From positions 62,864-126,863 of the forward strand of contig LNEO01000143.1 in NCBI GenBank assembly GCA_001465015.1: a DNA stretch of 64,000 nucleotides, read 5' to 3'. Both the position numbers and the translations under genes were made by a program. Positions 17,511-26,400 of the stretch are shown piece by piece (the stretch's first letter is position 1; every line of letters begins with the position of its first letter). The notes under the pieces were generated by a model that saw nothing but the letters and a program-made list of their open reading frames with translations, did not search any database and was not told the DNA's origin. The stretch comes from Deltaproteobacteria bacterium Ga0077539 (GTDB taxonomy: Bacteria; Myxococcota_A; Polyangia; Polyangiales; Ga0077539).

Positions 17511-20333
17511 ATGACGATCGAGCTCTCGAAGGGATACGACCCCACCGACGTGGAGCCCCGCTGGTACGCGGAGTGGATCCGCGCCGGCCACTTCAACGCC
17601 GAGGACACGGGCGACGCTTCCAACGCGTACTGCATCGCGATCCCGCCGCCCAACGTCACCGGCTCGCTCCACATGGGGCACGCGCTGTTCTCGACGATTC
17701 AGGACGCGCTCATTCGAACCGCCCGAATGCGAGGCTTCAACACGCTGTGGCAGCCAGGCGTCGACCACGCCGGCATCGCGACGGAGGTCGTGGTGTCACG
17801 GTTGCTGGCGACCGAAGGAACGTCTCGCAAAGAGCTCGGGCGCGAGCGCTTTCTTCAGCGCGTCTGGCAGTGGAGGGAGCAGTCCGGCGGTCGCATCACC
17901 GAGCAGCTGCGGACGATGGGCGCCTCGCCCGACTGGAAGCGCGAGCGCTTCACGATGGACGAGCAGTGCTCGCGCGCGGTGCGCGAAGCCTTCGTGCGGC
18001 TGCACGAGGAGGGGCTCATCTACCGCGGCGAGCGTCTGGTGAACTGGAGCGTAAAGGCGCAAACGGTGATCTCGGACCTCGAGGTCGAGCGCGCGGAGGA
18101 AGACGGCGAGCTGTTCTCCTTCGCCTATCCGTTCGCTGACGGGTCGGGAGAGATCGTGGTGGCGACGACGCGGCCCGAGACGATCCTCGGCGACACGGCG
18201 GTCGCGGTGCACCCCGACGATCCTCGATACAAGGACGCCATCGGAAAGCAGCTGAAATGCCCCTTCCACGATCGCACGATCCCCGTGATCGCCGACAGCG
18301 TGCTGGTGGACATGGCCTTCGGCACCGGCGCGGTGAAGGTCACTCCCGCACACGATTTCAACGACTACGAGACGGGCAGGCGACACTCCCTGCCCTTCAT
18401 CAACATCCTCGAGCTCGACGGGACGCTCAACGCGCAGTGCGCGCAGTTCGCTGGCAAAGACCGCTTCGACGCGCGCCGGGCCGTCAAGAAGGCGCTCGAC
18501 GCGATGGGCCTCGCGCGCGGCGCCAAGCAGCACCGACTCTCGATCGCGCGCGAGGCGCGCACGGCGGACGTGCTCGAGCCGATGCTCTTGCCGCAGTGGT
18601 ACGTGCACGCCAAGCCGCTGGCGGACAAGGCGCTGGCGGCCGTGCGCGAGGGCAAGACCACGATCGAGCCCGTCGAGTGGGTGAAGACCTGGGAGCACTG
18701 GCTCACCAATATTCAAGACTGGTGCATCTCGAGGCAGCTCTGGTGGGGCCACCAGATCCCCGCGTGGTACTGCGACGCGTGCAAAGAGATCACGGTCGCG
18801 CGCGAGGAGCCTGGGCGCTGCAGCAAGTGCGGGCACACGTCGCTCACGCAAGAGAGCGACGTCCTGGACACGTGGTTTTCGAGCGCGCTATGGCCGTTCA
18901 GCACGCTGGGTTGGCCGGACAAGACCAAGGCGCTCGAGACCTTCTATCCGACGAGCGTGATGGAGACGGGCCACGACATCCTCTTCTTCTGGGTGGCCCG
19001 CATGATGATGTTCGGCGTGCACTTCATGGGCGATGTCCCGTTCAAGCGAGTGCTCTTGCACGGAATGGTGCAGGACGAGCGCGGTGATAAGATGTCCAAA
19101 GTGAAGGGCAATGTGATCGACCCCCTTCACTTGATTCATGGTGCGTCACTCGACACCGTTGTCGAGGCGGCGAGCCAGAAGGGGACCTCGAAGGAAGACG
19201 CGCTGAAGAAATTCAAGCTGTGCTATCCGAGCTACGCCGAGCGTGGCGAAGGGTTCGCGGCGTTCGGCGCGGACGCGGTGCGGTTCTACCTCGCCACGAA
19301 TCCGCCGCAGGCGAAGTCGATCAAGCTTCAGCTTCGACAGGTCGAGCGCGCCCGCAATTTCGCGAACAAGCTGTGGAACGCGACGCGCTTCGCCCTCCCC
19401 TACCTCGAGCCCCTCTTTGCGGACGGCGCTGATGGGTCCATGCCCAGCGTGGCCGAAATGTCGCCGGCTGATCGATGGATCGTGTCGCGGCTCTCGGCCG
19501 CAGCGGGCGAAGTGAACAGCGGGCTCGACGAGTTTCGCTTGGACGAGTGCACGACGGCGGCGCGAAGGTTCTTCTGGGACGAGCTGTGCGATTGGTACCT
19601 CGAGCTCACCAAGCCTGTGTTCAATGGCGAGGACGAGCGGGCGAAGTCGATCACGCGTCGAGTGCTGGCGCGGTGCCTCGAGGCGTCGTTCAGGCTCTTG
19701 CACCCGTTCATGCCGTTTGTGACCGAAGAGCTTTGGCAGAAGCTCCCGGCGTCGGTGCGCTCGCCTCGCGCCAACGGCACCGAGGCACCGCACTTGTGCG
19801 TGGCCAAATTCCCAGTGGCCGGTGATTTCGCTGGGGACCTTGAGTCCGAGCGGCCGCTCGTGTTCTTGCAGGGCGTGATCTCCGCGGCGCGAAACATCCG
19901 TGGTGAGCTCGGAATCAAGCAGAAGGACGCCATCGCGCTTCGTATTCGCGGCGCGAACGAGGCGCAGCGGACGCTGCTCGCGCAGTACGACGCTCAAGTG
20001 CGGTGGCTCACCATCGCGAGCGGCGTCACCGTCGAAGAGCCCGGACCGCGGCCGAAGGGCGTGGGCTACGCGGTCGTGGAGGGGGTCGAGGTGATCGTTC
20101 CGCTGGCGGGGTTGATCGACCCCAAGGCCGAGCAGGCGAGGCTCGAAAAGGAGATCGCGAAGGGCAAAAAGGACCTCGAAAAGGTGAACAAGCAGCTCAC
20201 GAATGAGAATTTCGTCTCTCGCGCCGCAGCCGAGGCCGTGCAAGCCGCGCGCGAGGAGGCCTCGACCCTCACCTCGCGGCTGGCCAAGCTCGAAGCTGCG
20301 GTCGCGGTGGTTCGAGAGGCCGAATCAGGCTGA
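17511..20333 (+). CDS. valS: Valine--tRNA ligase
   Basis: PPPNVTGSLHMGHAL (HIGH motif), KMSKVKGN (KMSKS motif), a CP1 editing insert, and the C-terminal coiled coil typical of ValRS. 940 aa from ATG 17511. Confidence 0.95.
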   Translation: MTIELSKGYDPTDVEPRWYAEWIRAGHFNAEDTGDASNAYCIAIPPPNVTGSLHMGHALFSTIQDALIRTARMRGFNTLWQPGVDHAGIATEVVVSRLLATEGTSRKELGRERFLQRVWQWREQSGGRITEQLRTMGASPDWKRERFTMDEQCSRAVREAFVRLHEEGLIYRGERLVNWSVKAQTVISDLEVERAEEDGELFSFAYPFADGSGEIVVATTRPETILGDTAVAVHPDDPRYKDAIGKQLKCPFHDRTIPVIADSVLVDMAFGTGAVKVTPAHDFNDYETGRRHSLPFINILELDGTLNAQCAQFAGKDRFDARRAVKKALDAMGLARGAKQHRLSIAREARTADVLEPMLLPQWYVHAKPLADKALAAVREGKTTIEPVEWVKTWEHWLTNIQDWCISRQLWWGHQIPAWYCDACKEITVAREEPGRCSKCGHTSLTQESDVLDTWFSSALWPFSTLGWPDKTKALETFYPTSVMETGHDILFFWVARMMMFGVHFMGDVPFKRVLLHGMVQDERGDKMSKVKGNVIDPLHLIHGASLDTVVEAASQKGTSKEDALKKFKLCYPSYAERGEGFAAFGADAVRFYLATNPPQAKSIKLQLRQVERARNFANKLWNATRFALPYLEPLFADGADGSMPSVAEMSPADRWIVSRLSAAAGEVNSGLDEFRLDECTTAARRFFWDELCDWYLELTKPVFNGEDERAKSITRRVLARCLEASFRLLHPFMPFVTEELWQKLPASVRSPRANGTEAPHLCVAKFPVAGDFAGDLESERPLVFLQGVISAARNIRGELGIKQKDAIALRIRGANEAQRTLLAQYDAQVRWLTIASGVTVEEPGPRPKGVGYAVVEGVEVIVPLAGLIDPKAEQARLEKEIAKGKKDLEKVNKQLTNENFVSRAAAEAVQAAREEASTLTSRLAKLEAAVAVVREAESG

Positions 20334-20445
20334 TCCGCCAGCGTTGACGCGGGGCGACAGCGGTCTGGTCGCCGTCGCTCGGAGCAAACCGGCGCTGACA
20401 ATGGGGAGAGACTCCGCCGTCCGTCGCGTACTATGCGAGAACTCC

Positions 20446-20976
20446 ATGCGTTCGATCCGATCGCTCACGATGACCGCTCTCGGGATGTGCTCCGCGCTCG
20501 CGGCGTGCGAACCCAGCTTGATGGGCGACTGGAACCAACGCTCCCCACAACAAAGCGGTCAGAGCAGCGGAAACAACACGTGGAACTCGCCGCGCTGGGC
20601 GTCGAACAATCCACAGCCGCCGCAGACGCCGGCGCAGACGCCGCCTACCAGACCGCAGACCAACACGGCGGGCAGCGTTCAGCAGGCCGCTCCGTGGGGC
20701 GGCGGCGCGCAAAACCCGGCCAACCCCGCTGCAGGCCAGGGCGCGAATCCCGCCGTCACTCAAGCGAACGCGCAGCCGCAAGTAATCAACGGAGGTCCAG
20801 CTCCGGTGTGTGAAGACACCCAGCCGCGCGCGTTGGCGATGCCCGGCGAGAGCTGCGCCCGCCCCTGTCGCGCGACCTGGCAGCGATGCTTCGATGGCTG
20901 CAGCGCGGGGCAGGACCGCGCCTGTGTCGCGCAGTGTGACGACACGTTTCGCGAGTGCATGCGCGGCTGCTACTGA
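20446..20976 (+). CDS. Lipoprotein with a Q/P/N-rich low-complexity region and a Cys-rich C-terminus
   Basis: Lipobox LGMCSALAAC. The C-terminal 55 aa carry 9 Cys (CEDT...CARPCRATWQRCFDGCSAGQDRACVAQCDDTFRECMRGCY). Confidence 0.5.
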   Translation: MRSIRSLTMTALGMCSALAACEPSLMGDWNQRSPQQSGQSSGNNTWNSPRWASNNPQPPQTPAQTPPTRPQTNTAGSVQQAAPWGGGAQNPANPAAGQGANPAVTQANAQPQVINGGPAPVCEDTQPRALAMPGESCARPCRATWQRCFDGCSAGQDRACVAQCDDTFRECMRGCY

Positions 20977-20997
20977 GCGTCGCCGCTCATCGCCCGA

Positions 20998-22896
20998 TCA
21001 GCCGCGGAGCGCGTCGAACAGGTCGTGATCGATGTACGGAATCGCGACGCGCGCATGGCGAACACCGACGCCGTGTTCGTCCATCCAGCGCGCCAGGAGC
21101 TGACCGTCGATCAGCGTAACCGTGGCGGCTTCGGGGGCGTTCGCCTCTTCGCGCGCTCCTGAGAGCACGCTGCCCGTTGTGACGATCCACGCAGCGCGCG
21201 CGTGGTTGAAGTGGTGCATCGAGCCTCGCAGCTCGATCACGCGCTCGCGGCCGATCTCTCCGCCGCGCTTGAGCAGGACCGCCGCGGGCATCTCTTCGCC
21301 AGCCACTCGCGCGGTGCCCGTGACGAACAGCTCTCCCTGATTGGCGCCGGCGCGGCGAATCGAACGAAGGTTCGACAGGCCCACGCGCTCGAGCGTCAGC
21401 GCGATGAGCTCGACGAACGCCGACTGCGGAAGCTCGTTGAGCTTTCGAACGAGCTGCCTTCGCGCTGCGTCTCGAACGCGCTCGAGCGCGACGAGCGCGT
21501 CGTCTTCAGCGCGACCGAGCTCGCCGCCGAGCGACCACTCGACGAGCGAGACGCGCGATCCCTGCACGCGCAGCCGCGCTCGCTCGCCCCGACCCTCGCG
21601 TCGCGCCGTGTCCGCGCGGGCGGAGGCTGCGAGCGATGCTGCCAGCACGTTGGGGTCGCCCGCGAGTCGACCAGCGCGAATCGCGTCGTCGACCAGCGCT
21701 CGAAACGGAACCGCCGCTCTCTCTTCCCGTCGCTGCAGCAGCGACACGACGAGGTCTGCGGCGTCTCTTCCCGCTTCGATCGTGGTGTCTTCGGTCGGCG
21801 GACGCTCGGCGCGATCACCGCGATCGCGGTCACGATCACGGTCACGATCACCGCGACGCTCGCCACGGTCTCCGCGTTCACCACGATCTGCGCGACGCTC
21901 GCCGCCGCGATCGGCGCGATCTGCGCTGCGCTCGCCGCGCTCGCCACCGCGCTCTGCGCCACGCTCACCGCCGCGCTCGCCACTGCGCTCTCCGCCACGG
22001 TCGCCACCACGGTCACCGCCACGGTCACCGCCACGGTCGCCGCCACGGTCGCCGCCACGGTCGCCGCCACGGTCGCCGCCACGGTCGCCGCCACGGTCGC
22101 CGCGGTCTGCGCGATCGGCGCCGCGCTCGGGGCGGTCGCGTCGTGCTTCGCGTGGCTCGCGAGGCTCTGCGCCCTCGGCGGGCTCTTCGCCAGACTCGCG
22201 AGGCTCTGCGCCCTCGGCGTTGTCGTCCCGCTCTGCGCCTTCGTCCAACGCGCCGCGCTCACCGCGCTCTTCGCCGTCGCCGGCCTCTGCTCGCAGCTCG
22301 GGCTCGCTGTCGGATTCTTCGTCGCCCTCGACGAAGTCGCCTTCGGCTCCCGCTGCGCCCTCGGGCCGATCGCCGCCGCGACGGCGACGACGACGACGAC
22401 GACGACCTCCGCGACTGGCATCGCCTCCGGCGTCTGCGGAAGCAGCGACAACCGCGGGGGCTGGCTTCGGCGGCGGCTCGGCGAGCACCGGAAGATCGTC
22501 GTCGTCTTCGGCCGCGAAAATCGTTTGCGCGATCGTGAGCAGGTCCTCGCGCTCGCGCTCTTCGGCGGAGGGAGGAGGCATCTCTTCGCGCTCGACCTCT
22601 TCTTCGGCGCCCTCGGGAAGCACGGGCTCTTCGGTCTCTTCGACGTCAGCGGCAGCGGCCACGGCGGCCTCGCCCCACACGCGCAGGGCGAAGACGCCGG
22701 GCTTCACGCGGACGATGGGGGTGTCGTTTCGGTCCCGCTTGATCATCGTGGTGAGCCGGGTCGACATCGTGATCTCCGGCGTCTTGCCCACGTGCGACAG
22801 CAGGTTCTGCTCGATTGCGAGCTGAGTAATCTTCTTGAAGTGCAGGGGCTTGCCGACCTGGCGAAGCACGACTTCAGCAGCTTCGGTGAACGTCAT
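20998..22896 (-). CDS. Protein with an N-terminal HARE-HTH, a ~300-aa D/E/R/G polyampholyte linker and a C-terminal Mrr-like (PD-(D/E)xK) restriction-endonuclease domain
   Basis: N-terminus: MTFTEAAEVVLRQVGKPLHFKKITQLAIEQNLLSHVGKTPEITMSTRLTTMIKRD...VKPGVFALRVW. C-terminus: FVELIALTLERVG...ELFVTGTARV...AAVLLKRGG...VIELRGSMHHFNHARAAWIVTTGSV. Start at ATG 22896. Confidence 0.7.
   Translation of the reverse strand: MTFTEAAEVVLRQVGKPLHFKKITQLAIEQNLLSHVGKTPEITMSTRLTTMIKRDRNDTPIVRVKPGVFALRVWGEAAVAAAADVEETEEPVLPEGAEEEVEREEMPPPSAEEREREDLLTIAQTIFAAEDDDDLPVLAEPPPKPAPAVVAASADAGGDASRGGRRRRRRRRRGGDRPEGAAGAEGDFVEGDEESDSEPELRAEAGDGEERGERGALDEGAERDDNAEGAEPRESGEEPAEGAEPREPREARRDRPERGADRADRGDRGGDRGGDRGGDRGGDRGGDRGGDRGGDRGGDRGGERSGERGGERGAERGGERGERSADRADRGGERRADRGERGDRGERRGDRDRDRDRDRGDRAERPPTEDTTIEAGRDAADLVVSLLQRREERAAVPFRALVDDAIRAGRLAGDPNVLAASLAASARADTARREGRGERARLRVQGSRVSLVEWSLGGELGRAEDDALVALERVRDAARRQLVRKLNELPQSAFVELIALTLERVGLSNLRSIRRAGANQGELFVTGTARVAGEEMPAAVLLKRGGEIGRERVIELRGSMHHFNHARAAWIVTTGSVLSGAREEANAPEAATVTLIDGQLLARWMDEHGVGVRHARVAIPYIDHDLFDALRG
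21994..22101. repeat. Nine tandem copies of the 12-mer gccacggt(c/g)(g/a)cc, which encodes (GGDR)n on the minus strand
   Basis: I counted the units directly: six are identical and the others differ at 1-2 positions. Degenerate GGER/GDRGER variants lie downstream in the protein (lower coordinates). Confidence 0.9.
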
Positions 22897-23251
22897 GAAT
22901 GAATGGTTGGTCCTTTCGGGGCGCTCGACGGCAGCGATGCTCGGGCTTCGGATCCCCTTCGAAGCCCCTTCGCGCGCACGGGATGGACGCGAAGGGCAGC
23001 GACGGCGGGGTGAGCGAACGAGGTCGCAGACTGAAGAGCTTCTTTGCGAACGAGGCCTGCGGCCCAAGGCGCGCTTGCGCGTCGAGGACGACTGGCGGGC
23101 GAACCGTACACGGGCGAGGTTCGACACAGCAAGGCAGCGTTTTGCTCGGGAACAACCGGGGCAATTCGAAGGTTGCCGCGGAATGTGGTTGCGCAGACGC
23201 TCGCCAGCGCGCCGGCAACTGCGGTAATCCACTGGCGCATCCGGGAGATCC

Positions 23252-23911
23252 ATGGCGAAGAGCGCGAAGAACAAGACGGACGAACGCGACGAAGACGAGC
23301 GCGACGAAGACGAGGGTTCCAAAGGGCGTCCGGCGCCAGATTCACCGGAGGAGCTCGCGCGCGTTCGAAAGCGCAACACCGCGATCGCGTCGGTGTTTGT
23401 CGCGATCACCTCCGCGTCGATCGGCTTCGTCGCGTGGCATCGACCACGCGACCCCGGACGCGTGTGGTTCAAGAGCGTCGAGACGCGGCACGAACAGCGG
23501 ATCACGGCGAAGCTGACGACGTGCTTCGGCGGCGCGAGCGCCGCGCAGATTCGCACGAACGTCGCGGGCATTCGCCGCGGCACGTTGCCGGACTCGATCA
23601 AGAACTGTCGCGGCGCTTCGCTCACGGAGCTGATGGCGCTTCCGCTGGCGGTCGCGGCGGACCTCGGCGTTCCGCCGGGCTATGCCGAGAACGGAAAGCG
23701 CCGCGCCTGGGACGCCTACGGACGCCTGCAAGTGTCGCTTCGGGCCTACGAGCGCGCGTTGAACGCGGTTCCCGAGGGCGCCGCGGTGCCCGAGAGCGCG
23801 CGCGACGCGCTCGCGAGCGCGATCGACGACGTGGCGTCCGACGCCGAGTCCGCGAAGAACGCGATCATCGATCTACGCAACGTCGTCGAGGACAACGCGA
23901 GCTGGTACTGA
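23252..23911 (+). CDS. Hypothetical single-pass membrane protein with an acidic N-terminal tail
   Basis: ATG start. It has one TM helix (AIASVFVAITSASIGFVAW). I recognised no family. Confidence 0.45.
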   Translation: MAKSAKNKTDERDEDERDEDEGSKGRPAPDSPEELARVRKRNTAIASVFVAITSASIGFVAWHRPRDPGRVWFKSVETRHEQRITAKLTTCFGGASAAQIRTNVAGIRRGTLPDSIKNCRGASLTELMALPLAVAADLGVPPGYAENGKRRAWDAYGRLQVSLRAYERALNAVPEGAAVPESARDALASAIDDVASDAESAKNAIIDLRNVVEDNASWY

Positions 23912-23924
23912 GCGTTTCGCTCAG
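23908..23924. terminator. 17-nt perfect hairpin CTGAGCG-TTT-CGCTCAG whose arms contain the stop codons of both convergent genes
   Basis: Read directly: plus-strand TGA at 23909-23911, minus-strand TGA at 23921-23923. Confidence 0.3.
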
Positions 23925-25150
23925 GGCTTCGCGGGAAGGGCCTTGTCGAGCGCGTCGGACGAGATGGTGGTGAGCAGCGACTCGCGGTTTTTCGCGACGG
24001 TCGCGTCGAGCAGCGCCACGGCGTCGCCGCGTCGGTCATAGAGCCTTCGAAACGGACGCGCGCGGTCTTGCTTGGACAGCAGCGCGTACGTGACCCAGGG
24101 AAACACCGCGGTTACGTCGGCGTGGCAGTAGACCGAACGAGCGACGCCTTCGGGCGACACCTTGCCCCAGGTGTGTCCCTCCGATGCTGGGCACGACGAG
24201 AGCGCGCCGTTGTCCACTGGATCGACGCAGAACTGCACGTCGATGTCGAAGCCGTCCGTCTCGACCTCGAGGATCTGCGAGAGCAGCGGCTCGCCCTGCA
24301 ACGTGTAGTTCTTGGGGACGCCGCCGCCGAGGATGAAGATCGCCATCTTCTTCTCGAGGCCGTGGAGGCAGAAATTCTGCATCGCGCTCATCTCGTACAC
24401 GTCGTCGTTGACGTCGATCTCGAGCTTGAACGTCTCGGGGAAGAGTCGCTTGAGCTTCACGATGTTCAAGAAGATCGAGCCGTCTTGCACAGCGCCGACG
24501 AAGATCGGAACCCCGCGCTTGTACGCCGTCGCCAACAGCGACGGGCGCTTGACGCCCAGGGCGTCTTCGATGCGCGCGATGTACATCCCGAGCAAGTAGT
24601 GCAGCTCGGGCGTCGTCATGCGCTTCTGAAACTCGGGCTGCAGCAGGATCGCGCTGAACAGCTTGTCGGTCTCGAGCAGCGTCTCTTCCCAGAACCCCAG
24701 GTCGTAGATGCGAATGATGCGCGCGAGGCGCAGCGCGAGGTCGCCCGCGTTGGGATCGATCTCGCGGATGCGATGCCCGATGATTCGGTGGGCGTCGTGA
24801 TAGAGGTTGGCGCCCGTCGTCGTGATGCAGTCGATCAGACCGCGCTCGATCAGCGGGATCAGGCAGCTCTGGTGCAGACCCGCCGGCGTCATGGCGCCAG
24901 AAAACGTCAAGAACGTGGCGTAATCCTGGTCGACCGCGCGAGCCATCAGCTCGAACGCGGTTCGCTCCTGCCTTCCCACAAACGCGGGAAACCGATCGCG
25001 AAAGATCTCCTCCGGCGACTCGCGTCCCGTGATCCCGAAGGGCTCGACGTCCCGCGCGAGGTCGAAGTCCTTGCGCATCTCCTCGGTGCTCGCCTCGTCC
25101 TGAGGCTCGTCTTGGGTTTCGTTTTCGGCGCTCTTGGGTCCGTCACTCAT
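23921..25150 (-). CDS. Deoxyhypusine synthase-like (DHS family) protein
   Basis: TFSGAMTPAGL...LIDCITTTGANLYHD...GVPIFVGAVQDGSIFLN...AIFILGGGVPKN...VDPVDNGALSSCPASEGHTWGK. The start is either ATG 25150 or ATG 25198. Confidence 0.8.
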   Translation of the reverse strand: MSDGPKSAENETQDEPQDEASTEEMRKDFDLARDVEPFGITGRESPEEIFRDRFPAFVGRQERTAFELMARAVDQDYATFLTFSGAMTPAGLHQSCLIPLIERGLIDCITTTGANLYHDAHRIIGHRIREIDPNAGDLALRLARIIRIYDLGFWEETLLETDKLFSAILLQPEFQKRMTTPELHYLLGMYIARIEDALGVKRPSLLATAYKRGVPIFVGAVQDGSIFLNIVKLKRLFPETFKLEIDVNDDVYEMSAMQNFCLHGLEKKMAIFILGGGVPKNYTLQGEPLLSQILEVETDGFDIDVQFCVDPVDNGALSSCPASEGHTWGKVSPEGVARSVYCHADVTAVFPWVTYALLSKQDRARPFRRLYDRRGDAVALLDATVAKNRESLLTTISSDALDKALPAKP

Positions 25151-25262
25151 GGCGCTGGGATCTCTACCAGAGTCCGCGCTGCGCTGTCGAAAGACCATCG
25201 AACCTCCGCGCCATCGTTGCCCGTCGCGATGGTGCGGCAGATCGAGTAGCGTCCGTCGAGCG

Positions 25263-26063
25263 ATGAGCGTTCGATCGATGATTCCTGCGCCGCCAGGGTT
25301 TCGAGGCTGTTTCGGGCACCGCGGAGCGGCCGGGATTTTCCCTGAGAACACGCTCGAGGGCTTCGCGCTGGCCGCGCGGATCGGCGTGGATGTCGTCGAG
25401 ACCGACGCCCACATTACGCGCGACGGACGCGTCGTGCTCATCCACGACCCCACTGTGGATCGGACGACCGACGGCGTCGGCGAGGTCGCCGCGATGACCT
25501 TCGCAGAGCTGCAAGCGCTCGACGCCGGGGCGCGATTCGTCGACCGCCACGGCTCGACGCCGTTCGCTGGGCGCGGATTGCGCGTCCCCGCGCTCGACGA
25601 AGTGCTCGCTGCGTTGCCGAACACGCGGTTCAACATCGAGCTCAAGAGCGACGTCGATGGCGCGCCTGAAATTCTCGCGGCGACGCTCGACCGCGGCCGT
25701 GCGCAGGGACGCATCTTGCTCGCGTCCGAAGGGGGAGATCGAATGATCGCGCTGCGACGCGCGGTTCCTTGGGCGCCGACGAGCTTCAGCGCGCCGGAGG
25801 TCTTCGGGTTCATCTCGGGGCTGCACGAGGACGCCTACGAGCCGCCCCCGGCGTGCGCGCTGCAGGTCCCGGACGTCTTCGACTCGTTCGAGGTCGTCAC
25901 AGAGCGCTTCGTGGCTCGGGCAAGAGAGCTCGATATCGCGGTCCACGTGTGGACGATCAACGATCCGGCGCAGTCGGCGCGGCTGCTCGAGATGGGATGC
26001 GATGGGTTGATTACTGATCACCCCGAGCGGTGGGCAGCGGTGCAACGACGATCGCGCCCGTGA
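25263..26063 (+). CDS. Glycerophosphodiester phosphodiesterase (GDPD family)
   Basis: GHRGAAGIFPENTLEGFALA...VVETDAHITRDGRVVLIHDPTVDRTTDG...NIELK...HVWTIND. Confidence 0.85.
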   Translation: MSVRSMIPAPPGFRGCFGHRGAAGIFPENTLEGFALAARIGVDVVETDAHITRDGRVVLIHDPTVDRTTDGVGEVAAMTFAELQALDAGARFVDRHGSTPFAGRGLRVPALDEVLAALPNTRFNIELKSDVDGAPEILAATLDRGRAQGRILLASEGGDRMIALRRAVPWAPTSFSAPEVFGFISGLHEDAYEPPPACALQVPDVFDSFEVVTERFVARARELDIAVHVWTINDPAQSARLLEMGCDGLITDHPERWAAVQRRSRP

Positions 26064-26400
26064 TCGTCGCGCCCGGGCAGCGCTCGACCCGAAGGGACCT
26101 CGACGCTCTCGCGAGCGAAACGCGCGTCGCGCGCAGGGTCGCGGTGAGCTCGACGTCCGCGCCCCCGATCCGCGCGACGCACGGCTCTGTGGATCGAGCC
26201 TCGAGCCACAGCATCGCCGCGCCCCGCGGCGTCGCGCGGTCGAGCGTCACCGTTGCTCGACGCCCCTCGACCACCGTCGTCTCGAGCGAGTGAGCTACGG
26301 TCGCCCGCTCGGGGCCGAGCGCGCGCAGGATCGCGAAAGGATCGGTCAACAGCGGCTCGCGCGCGAGCGCGTCGCGAAAGAGCTCTCCCGCGTCGCGAGC
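26011..26400 (-). CDS. Either the C-terminal continuation of the upstream sulfatase/HEAT protein in another frame, or a separate small ORF
   Basis: This frame reads as natural protein (ARDAGELFRDALAREPLLTDPFAILRALGPE...). The last 15 codons of the sulfatase frame (TRESSFATRSRASRC*) look like out-of-frame composition. There is no ATG at the junction. Confidence 0.35.
   Translation of the reverse strand, partial: ARDAGELFRDALAREPLLTDPFAILRALGPERATVAHSLETTVVEGRRATVTLDRATPRGAAMLWLEARSTEPCVARIGGADVELTATLRATRVSLARASRSLRVERCPGATITGAIVVAPLPTARGDQ

Noticed and set aside
21994-22101. The tandem 12-mer array considered as a CRISPR-like or mini-satellite locus.
   Set aside because: The units are contiguous with no spacers, and the array lies in frame inside a long ORF encoding (GGDR)n. 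It is a coding low-complexity repeat.
20998-22896. The Mrr-like nuclease considered as part of a restriction-modification or multi-gene defence island.
   Set aside because: No methyltransferase, ATPase, helicase or other defence-type gene is adjacent. The neighbours are valS, a lipoprotein gene and a DHS-like gene. Only a stand-alone role can be proposed.
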